Below, in pieces: positions 54,340 to 64,000 of a stretch of DNA of 64,000 nucleotides. Every line of letters starts with the position of its first letter. Within the stretch, counting starts at the first letter, position 1. This DNA is from Eledone cirrhosa (Eukaryota), in the NCBI GenBank assembly GCA_964016885.1, contig OZ024755.1:36828001-36892000 (forward strand), read 5' to 3'. The translations under genes and the position numbers were made by a program. Below the pieces are notes generated by a model. That model worked only from the letters and a program-made list of their open reading frames with translations. It did no database searches and had not been told where the DNA came from.

Positions 54340-54779
54340 GTCTAGATACTTGAACTTCTCCGCCTATTTCAGTATATCTCTACACACATTCTGAATGCAC
54401 TTCCTAGCCATTCTTTCGTGGAGTGAGTGTCTCAGTCATCACAGCACTGATTTTCATACTCGGAAGCAACCCCATCCAGTGCATGCTGAAGATAACCTTT
54501 TGACGTATTAAGGGGAAGTATGTCCTATTAATAAAGATTATGAACACGAGAATAGAGTGTACGGAACCTTGAAGAAATCTGCCATCCACATGGAATGGTT
54601 TCAAATTAATACAAATTATCCGAACTCAAATACAAGGGCATTCGTAAAGGGACTTGAAGGACGATGTGGTATGATGGCTTTTATGGAATCTGACGATATA
54701 CTTTTTTGACGCTAAACTCCGCCAGTTGCAGACTGCGCATCAACATGTGATATCTCTCTCCACAAAGTTCGATCACCAA

Positions 54780-55165
54780 CAGCAGAGTTCAAAGAGCAAA
54801 GATCAAATCCATAAGTTGGCACTGTTAAGCCATCGTTTTGGCTGCCGGCCTCTGCTTCTCTTACCAGCCAACCTTCCTTCCAGGGATAACCTACTCACAC
54901 CACGAGTTGATCTTTTTATATGACCGTATAGTTTGAGTACTCTCGACTTGACAATTGATGTAATTGGTCTAAGTTTGGTAATGTTGAGCAGCTCACTGAT
55001 ACAGATACGGTCGCTGAGCCGCTTGCCAGTCATAAGTCTCAAGATGTGGTTCTGGAATGTATCTGATGATACAGCACCTTTTCGTAGTCTTATTCATGCC
55101 AGTGTCCAATTTGGTCATTTTTTCAAATCTGCAAAAACTAGGCGTTTTTAGATCCGGCCTATACA
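54780..55165 (-). mobile_element. RTE-like LINE 3' coding fragment
   Basis: RVLKLYGHIKRS..LEGRLAGKRSRGRQPKRW. Confidence 0.8.
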
Positions 55166-55172
55166 CGCTTCA

Positions 55173-55357
55173 TTGGATTGGCAGTATCGGTAGAGGGCCG
55201 GACGCCATGCTTTGCAGCATAGAGTTACGGCCCTTTATGATTTGAGTTCAAATTCCGACGATGTTAACTTTGCCTTTCATCCTTACGGGATCGATAAAAT
55301 AAAGTACCAGTAATACACTGGGCTAATTGCTGGCCTTGTGCCAAAAGTAGAAACAAA
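55173..55357 (+). mobile_element. tRNA-derived SINE (main family)
   Basis: Family homology. Confidence 0.9.
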
Positions 55358-55515
55358 TATAATTACATAGCTGAGTTGTGATCCATCACCCCCTCGTAGC
55401 TTACGGTTAGTAACTTGGTCAGCGGCTGCTTATTTGTCCGACAGGAGGCCTTCTTTATCGCAGCAAACCATCACTATCAGTTACCTGCGTTCTCTAGCAC
55501 AACAGCTCGGGCGAG

Positions 55516-57082
55516 AAATATGATAATGTATAAATATGATAATGTATAAATATAATAGTGTATAAATATAATAGTGTATAAATATGATAATGTATAAATA
55601 TAATAGTGTATAAATATAATAGTGTATAAATATAATAATGTATAAATATAATAGTGTATAAATATAATAGTGTATAAATATAATAGTGTATAAATATAAT
55701 AATGTATAAATATAATAATGTATAAATATAATAGTGTATTAATATAATAGAGTATAAATATAATAATGTATAAATATAATAGTGTATAAATATAATAGTG
55801 TATAAATATAATAGTGTATAAATATAATAGTGTATAAATATAATAGTGTATAAATATAATAATGTATAAATATAATAATGTATAAATATAATAATGTATA
55901 AATATAATAATGTATAAATATAATAGTGTATAAATATAATAGTGTATAAATATAATAATGTATAAATATAATAGTGTATTAATATAATAATGTATAAATA
56001 TAATAATGTATAAATATAATAATGTATAAATATAATAATGTATAAATATAATAGTGTATAAATATAATAATGTATAAATATAATAATGTATAAATATAAT
56101 AGTGTATAAATATAATAATGTATAAATATAATAATGTATATATATAATAGTGTATAAATATAATAATGTATAAATATAATAATGTATAAATATAATAATG
56201 TATAAATATAATAGTGTATAAATATAATAATGTATAAATATAATAGTGTATAAATATAATAGCGTATAAATATAATAATGTATAAATATAATAATGTATA
56301 AATATAATAGTGTATAAATATAATAATGTATAAATATAATAGTGTATAAATATAATAATGTATAAATATAATAATGTATAAATATAATAGTGTATAAATA
56401 TAATAGTGTATAAATATAATAGTGTATAAATATAATAATGTATAAATATAATAGTGTATAAATATAATAATGTATAAATATAATAATGTATAAATATAAT
56501 AGTGTATAAATATAATAGTGCATAAATATAATAGTGTATAAATATAATTGTTTCTACTTTAGGCACAAGGCCAGCAATTTTCCAGTGCATTACTGGTACT
56601 TTATTTTATCGACCCCGTAAGGATGAAAGGCAAAGTCAACCTCGGCGGGATTTGAAATCAGATCGTAAAGGGACGTAACTATGCTGGAAAGCATGGCGTC
56701 CGACCCTCTACCGATACTGCTAATCCACCGCCTATAATAGTATATAAATATAATAGTGTATAAATATAATAATGTATAAATATAATAGTGTATAAATATA
56801 ATAATGTATAAATATAATAGTGTATAAATATAATAGTGTATAAATATAATAGTGTATAAATATAATAGTGTATAAATATAATAGTGTATAAATATAATAG
56901 TGTATTTATATAATAGTGTATAAATATAATAGTGTATAAATATAATAGTGTATAAATATAATAGTGTATAAATATAATAGTGTATAAATATAATAATGTA
57001 TAAATATAATAGTGTATAAATATAATAATGTATAAATATAATAATGTATAAATATAATAATGTATAAATATAATAGTGTATA
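55516..57082. repeat. 16-bp minisatellite (aatataatartgtata), about 85 units, split by a SINE
   Basis: Regular 16-bp period on both sides of 56546-56732. Confidence 0.96.
56546..56732 (-). mobile_element. tRNA-derived SINE (main family) within the 16-bp array
   Basis: Family homology. Confidence 0.92.
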
Positions 57083-57236
57083 CTGCCCGGTAAAAAAGAT
57101 GAATCCTTGCTGTTTATAAACACATATCTACTATTATCCTAAATCATAAACACATATCTACTATTATCCTAAATCTAACACCAATGTTACTGTTTACGTT
57201 TTCACCGGCACTCTTAACGGTGTGGTATTAGTAATA

Positions 57237-57425
57237 GAATTGTTTCTACATGTGGCACAAGGCCAACAATTATCCCAGTTCATTACTGGTACTTTATTTT
57301 ATCGACACCATAAGGATGAAAGGCAAAGTTAACCTTGGCGGGATTTGAACTCAGAATGGCATGGGCCGTAACTCTATGCGTCGAAGCATGGTTTCCGACC
57401 CTCTACCGATTCTGCCAATCCACCA
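57237..57425 (-). mobile_element. tRNA-derived SINE (main family)
   Basis: Family homology. Confidence 0.9.
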
Positions 57426-57619
57426 CTAAAACTGAGGGTACTATATTTATCAACTGTCTTGATACTATTTACATGTCATTTTCATTATTCAAAGATGATA
57501 GGGTTAAGTAAAAAGGCATTCGACAAACCGAACATGTATTTGTTGTGCTATAGTACAATGAAAGCAATAGTTACAGAGCAGTAAGCATGTGGGACTGCAG
57601 TGGTGGAGAGCATGAAGGA

Positions 57620-58650
57620 ATTTAGTTGGATACTTTTAAGGTTACAGGCCCTAACGCAACCAAAATGCTAAACAATGCGGTCCCCGGGTAAAAATTTGAA
57701 ATCTTTTTCAGTCAAGAATATTTGTGAAAGTTTTTAAAAAATCGGTTGGGTACTTCTCGAGTTACAGGCCCTAAAACAACCAAAATGCTTCAAAAAATCG
57801 TTTTTTTCCCCTAATGCGGTCCCTGGGGCAAAAAATGAGAAAAACACTTTAAACGACATAAATAATGCACATTTTGAAGAAATCGCCTGGATTATTGTTC
57901 CGTTATGCCTCAAAAAAGCCTTTAAAGCCTAAAATATGCGGTTTTTCGCCCAATGCGGTCCCTAGGGCATTGAAAATTTGAAATATTTTTTGCTCAAAAC
58001 ACTCTAGGGGTCTTATATATTTGTTATATATTTATGCTTATTAAGCCTCGTGAAATAAATACGTTTGTTTATATTTTGTTATTGTGCATGCACAAATATC
58101 TGTACACGAATATATAATTATATATATATATATATTAAAATAACAGATTAAAGTTTAAGCAAAGAATCGCTGCTTTCACCCTTAACGGGATCTTCTGAAA
58201 CTAAAAAAATCAATCTGTGAACGCAGAAGTAAATATTTCGAAAAACGTTACACACTATATATATATATATACACTATATATATACACACACAAACACACA
58301 CACGTATAGCGTCATAATGTCGTAATACAAACAGCCAGACATACAGACAGATATTATAAGGCTGCAACGTTATATCTATGTATCTATCTAAAATGAAAGA
58401 CTAAGAATTATAAAGAGAGATCGCTAAATCACCTAATGCGGTCTCTAGAGCATTGAAAATTTGAAATTTGTTTTTCTCAAAACACTCACAGGACCATAAG
58501 TATTACATGTGTAAAGTTTGAAAACAATCGGTTGGGTGGTTCTCGAGTTTTAGGGTGTCAGACAGACAAACAGATAGACAGACAGACATTCTCTGTTTTA
58601 GATATATAGACTAGCAGAAAACCACCCGATTGGGCGGTTTTCTGCTAGTA
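57620..58650 (-). mobile_element. Probable non-autonomous Helitron-like repeat with internal aatgcggtccc subrepeats and terminal hairpin
   Basis: (caga)n near a TC-like end at 58610; hairpin ctagcagaaaaccaccc gatt gggcggttttctgctag (also at 41142-41183). Confidence 0.5.
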
Positions 58651-59209
58651 TATATATATATTACACACACAGAAATGTATATATATTTCTGTGTGTATAC
58701 ACAGAAATGTATATATATTTCTGTGTGTATATATATATATTTCTGTGTGTGTATATATATATATATATTACACACACACAGAAATGTATATATGTTTCTG
58801 TAGCACTCCTCAATTCCCCCCCTCTCCCTCCCGCTATCCCCCTCTTGTAGTCTGTCTCATTCTTTCACTCTCACTCTCTCTCTACGCGTGCGCAAAAAAC
58901 ATTCGCACGCGCGCACGTGTTTTAGCGTCTATTCACTCTCTCTCTCTCCCTCTCTCCCTCCCGCTATCCCCCTCTCGTAGTCTGTCTCTTTCTTTCACTC
59001 TCACTCTCTTTCTTCGCGTGCGCAAAAAACATTCGCACGCGCGCACGTGTTTCCACTGTCGGACAGACAGATAGACAATTGCTGGTTATATATTATAAGG
59101 AGATAGTTTCAATATTACTAGATTTTCGGAAAATGCTTCTTACTATATATCTTGAATACAGCATTATATGTGTATGTGCTTAGTCTCGTTACTTATCATA
59201 GAGTCGTAG

Positions 59210-60130
59210 GGGCACCGTTGTGTAGGTCAGAGTAAAATTTGTTCTTTTCCACAGAATCTGTTTGAAGAGTAGAGGAATACATACTGAAGAGTTTGGGCAT
59301 ATTGTTGATTTCTCAGTAGGAGGTGCATAGAGAAGCGAGGTTCAGACTGACCTGTTGGCGGGTTCTCAAGCTTGGAAGCGATAGAGTTCTTGACCAAGAA
59401 GCCCACCCATGAAAGGCGTCTCTCTTCTGCAGGTTTTCCTGATCAGTAGATTGTATATCAGGTGCCATGCTCTAGTAGACTGCCTTACTCTGGAAAGCGA
59501 ACTTCACTACGAGCAGTGATGTCAACATTCAGTCTTGAGTACATAGAGTAGATTGACGTACTGGGCGACCGTTGTCGTCTGTATTTAGTATAGTTCTGAT
59601 GTCCCATCATGTGATTTTCGATCCATTAACACCATTGCAAGTGGGCGAGTACCTTTTCTTCCTTGATGTTTTTCGACTGCATAAACAGATGCCCGTTGAC
59701 CGCGGTTTGCCAACTGGGTGGTGTAGGAGCGAGCTTTGTTGAGGCCAACGTCTCTAAACACCCTCCAGGCGGAGCAAGCAGTTCTGACCCTATAGTAGTC
59801 TGCTTGGTCATTCAGGGTGTGTCGAATGATATTATCGTCTTCGAGTCAACACCAGACGACCAAACCCTTGAACTGCCTGCATGCAGGATTGGCACTACGG
59901 CTTCCAGCATCATTTTACACCTGCAGTTTACGCCATTTTCCCATAGCTAAAGGGATTGAAGGAGTTCGTGGTCGCGGACATGTCCTTCGAGCCTGTGAGG
60001 TGGAGCTTTTAGGTGAAGTGCAGTGTGCACTGAATTGAGCCGGGGTTCATCTGTCTTGGCTTAGCAAGCTGGGATAGAGACAGTAAGGTCCTCAGGTGGT
60101 ATGTTTTATATCAGAGTGTCCTTCTCCTAG
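59210..60130 (-). mobile_element. RTE-clade LINE 5' fragment (5' UTR + AP endonuclease relic)
   Basis: SRLNVDITARSEVRFP, VGFLVKNSIASKL, MYSSTLQTDSVEKNKFYSDL. Confidence 0.85.
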
Positions 60131-60912
60131 CCAGTGGCTCAAAAACATTCCTCGAAGGCACGGGGACAGTCATCCAGATTTCAGCCTGGCTGCTGGATGC
60201 TACCAAGCATGTCATCGATAGATTCAGGGTCTCGGAACAGCGAGCCTTGCCACTAACACATTGGTGGGACCCTGACAGTTACTACCAACCCGGTCCAGAG
60301 AGGACCTGGGAGTAATGGTGAGTATGATGTAATGCCATACTCCCCAGAACTCCAGAACTCTCGAACTGGACCTTCACTACTGGATGCAGTTTACATATAT
60401 ATATAACCCTCCACTCTCAAGCGTGAAACTAATATTAACCTTTTGTACATCCTCTTCGCTTCCTCGTTGTTTTTTTTGTTTTCTGTTTCAACTACAATAT
60501 ATATATATATATATACAGTTTATACATACAGTATATATATATATATATATAAATGGCTTCTACAGGGCTAGAACTGTTTCATTCGGGAAAAATCACCAGG
60601 AAGCATTTTTGGGGGTTTGTTAAGGAAATTTCCCTTGTGGTCCTCCAGGGTAAAGTGCGGAGTCTTTACTCTTAAAGGTTCAGTTCAATCATCTAGGTTA
60701 AGGGACTTTGCTATCTCTTTTCCAACTACATTGGTCTCAGTCAAAGCCATCTCACTCACTTTTTTGTAAGTGGTCCTGACTGCATTATTTGCCAGCTTCT
60801 TATATATATATGAAGGACTAGCGTCAGAAACGTTAAGACCCACTTCCTACCATTTTAAGCGTTAAACTAATATATTCCACCTATATACTGTACCGCTTGT
60901 GTTATTTCTGTT

Positions 60913-60955
<43 letters not shown>

Positions 60956-61779
60956 CACATAATTTTATTTGTCTATGTTTCATAATAATTCTCGCACAAA
61001 TGAAATATATTTCCTTCCAATTTCATCTTCCTGCTCTTATAAAAGGTTTCTTCCCACCGTATTATATTATGTCTGTCAACGTATCATATAATTTGCTTGG
61101 CAGCACCTTACTTTTTCACAATTATGTAAACATTTACTGAATTCAAGGATGTATATCGCTTACCTAGATTAAGAAAATGTTTTACTCAGTGGAAATGATT
61201 CTTGCAACGGGGACAAAAAGATATATAATGGAAAATTACTGACCAAATAGGTTGAAATTATTCATCAGTGTGAAAACTCATGTCAGCCGAATTCTCTCTG
61301 TTCGGATAATTGCGTGCATGTATTTATGTATGAATACGTGCATTCATTTATATATGAATACGTGTTTTTATGAACATAGTTGCAAATATTCATTGTGAAA
61401 GGGTTATATGACGTGATTATATGATTTTGTATTATAGAATTCAAATTAGCTTTCGGCTAGAAATCAAATTGTCGTGAAAAATTATTTTTTAATGTGAATT
61501 TATATACTCATTTTGGATGGGTGGCAGTGATTATACGATATCTGATTCAGGATTATTATACAAGTCAAAACAGCTTTCGGCTAAAAATCAAATTGTCACA
61601 AAATATATTCCACCATTCTTCTTATCAGACACTTGGGTTTTTTCATCGGTTCGTGTGTATGTTTATCACAAACTCGCTTTCAAATTATGTCTTTGTCATA
61701 CCGCTCCCCTTCAATCTATCTTTGGCACTCTCTATATATACAGGCACACATATATGTTGTCATTGTTGTTGTAATTATT

Positions 61780-62207
61780 AGGGCGGCGAATTGGCAGTAT
61801 CGGTAGAGGGTCGGACGTCATGCTTTGTAGCATAGTGTTTCGGCCCTTTATGATCTGACTTCAAATCCCACCAAGGTTAACTTTGGCTTTCATCCTTACG
61901 AGGTCGATAAAATAAAGTACCAGTAATGCACTGGAGTAATTGCTGGCCTTGTGCCAAAAGTAGAAATAATTATTAGTATTATTATGGCGGCGGATTGGCA
62001 GTATCGACAGAGTGTCGGTCATTATGTTTTGCGGCATATAGTTACGGCCCTTTTTGATCTGAGTTAAAATCCAGCCGAGGTTAACTTTGCCTTTCATCCT
62101 TACGGAGTCGATAAAATAAAGTACCAGTCACATACTGGGGTCGATTTAATTGACTTTCTCTCCTTCAAAATTGCTGGCCTTGTGCTTATATTAGAAACAA
62201 TTATTAT
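61780..62207 (+). mobile_element. Two tandem SINEs (main family): 61780-61974 and 61985-62207
   Basis: Family homology, both subtypes. Confidence 0.92.
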
Positions 62208-62419
62208 TGGTTGTCGGACTGAGATGCGCGAGGTGGTTATTTTCAAATTTTTGAATTGAAATAATTGTTGTATGTTTTGTGACAAAGGGGTCATAAGACA
62301 CCAGTCTTTGCCATGTGTAAAGGTGACCCCATAATATTTGGGCCTTTGGGCTCAAATATTTGAACTTTATTTCTTTTGAAAATTTATTTCCTAAAAAAAA
62401 AAACTGGACGAGGCCCAAC

Positions 62420-62507
62420 ACCACCACCACCACCACCACCACCACCACCACCACCACCACCACCACCACCACCACCACCACCACCATCACCACCACCACC
62501 ACCACCA
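62420..62507. repeat. (CAC)n trinucleotide repeat
   Basis: Direct observation. Confidence 0.95.
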
Positions 62508-63067
62508 ACAACAACAACGACAACACCTCCAACAATAACAACATCACCAACAACATTGTGACCAGCAACAGAATCGGTAACAGTAACACGGACAACAACA
62601 GCTCTTTCGCTGCTGCAGCAACCAAAAAGGGGCGATGCTTCAGCATGGATCTCAGTGAAAAAGATAAAACGTTGGTCCAGGCCTGGAGGCTCATTAAACA
62701 AGGGCAAACCAGGGCCAACTTAACTGTCCCCGCTGAAGCCTTAGAAGCGGTGGAGATGAGAACGGTGCATTTTAGAGGCATTTCAGAGTTGACAAAAACA
62801 ACAGCAATCCCCAAGCCGAAATTGTAGCTACCTTGAGGTACATCAGAGAGGACACCGAGTACATAGCGAAGGGCAGACAATATGGCACCCTCTTGGTTCT
62901 GTTTAAGTTAGGAGCCGTCACTGAAGAATAAAAGAACACACAAACAACTGAAAGCGCAGACCACCCACACGACAAACACAGACACACTAAAACAGCACCA
63001 ACAAAACTATCACAATTACCCAGACTCAAACAAGTAAAACCACAACAATATATATATACACCCCTAC

Positions 63068-63107
<40 letters not shown>

Positions 63108-63113
<6 letters not shown>

Positions 63114-63359
63114 GTGAAAGAGTGAAGAATAACATGGTCGGCTGTACAAAAGAGGTTTTATTTATAATATTAACAATTGTTTCATAAATCGAGTCTAAAG
63201 GCCGCTAATCACTCGAAGTTGCGTCACTCGAAGTTGACGCAACTTCGAGTGATTAATGAACTTAGACTCACTTGATCAATGAAACAATTGTTAACACTAT
63301 AAATAAAACCCTTTTTGTACAGCCGACCACCATGTTATTCTTCAATCTTTCACTACTAT
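63108..63359. repeat. Imperfect fold-back of a PLE-like terminal module with inner perfect hairpin
   Basis: Outer arms atagtagtgaaag../..ctttcactactat; inner taatcactcgaagttgcgtca/tgacgcaacttcgagtgatta; related arm at 15712-15775. Confidence 0.85.
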
Positions 63360-63513
63360 TACTCCAAGAATGATGTACATGGGAATTCTCGCGAACTCGC
63401 TACCCAACTATGGAAACCTCTTGTTGAATCAAACAACGCCATATGTTAAAACTATCCACAGTACAGAGTACTCGCAACCTCTAACTGGATTACCTAAAAC
63501 GATAATTTGTAAT

Positions 63514-63594
<81 letters not shown>

Positions 63595-64000
63595 ACTTAT
63601 GTTTACCGAATTCACAGACTAGACCCCTTCTTCCTCCCGTTAGACCTGTGCGAAATTCCTTCCTTGCTCACATTTCAACCACGTTTGATGGTCTTTATTC
63701 TCTCTCGTTCACGATTTCACCGAACTTATATTCATAGAAATTTTTGGACTTGACTTCTTCTTCCTCACTTTTCGTTGCTCCACCATCTTTGTTTGTTTAC
63801 ACTCTCGTGTCCCCTTTATTTACGTGTCCCAACGACTTTCTTTAGCCGTTGCTCGCACCAACCGGAGGTATATGGTCTTTAAAGCGATGAAATACCAATG
63901 ATGGTTGGAAGATCACTGATGAAGGACTAACTTTATTCATATGTAACCCATTAGCAACGCCGCAGCACGTTTATTTTCATATATATATATATATATATAT

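Larger units (their letters stand above)
51733..54660 (-). mobile_element. Decayed RTE-clade LINE RT/3' region, interrupted by a minisatellite and a hAT MITE
   Basis: Minus strand EKFKYL, SDGR, KTKLLIYKSVF, HIERSQLRYY; (GAA)n tail at 51733-51757. Confidence 0.82.

Noticed and set aside
55477-57123. Long minus-strand ORFs (348, 203 and 177 aa)
   Set aside because: Products of the 16-bp AT-rich satellite

Overview
AT-rich eukaryotic (metazoan) non-coding DNA, probably cephalopod/octopus (inferred from the dominant ~190-220 bp tRNA-headed SINE and the extreme (TA)n/(CA)n content). Nearly all ORF-track entries are microsatellite artefacts ([12 protein letters not shown]). The window is a mosaic of transposon relics: two decayed Penelope-like (PLE) reverse transcriptases and GIY-YIG endonuclease pieces, RTE and R4/Dong LINE fragments, about 15 SINE copies, mariner and hAT MITEs, Helitron pieces and three minisatellites. 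Two short candidate host exons lie near 20.1-20.8 kb. The main hidden structure, found by eye, is over 20 minimal type-I hammerhead ribozyme (HHR) motifs from about 10 sequence families. They sit in short modules abutting (TA)n tracts, often as fold-back inverted repeats, and include U3-A8 core variants. A separate conserved motif with the hammerhead core words in swapped order (GAAAU...CUGAUGA) recurs in three divergent families. All folds were assigned manually; no activity or database search has been tested.
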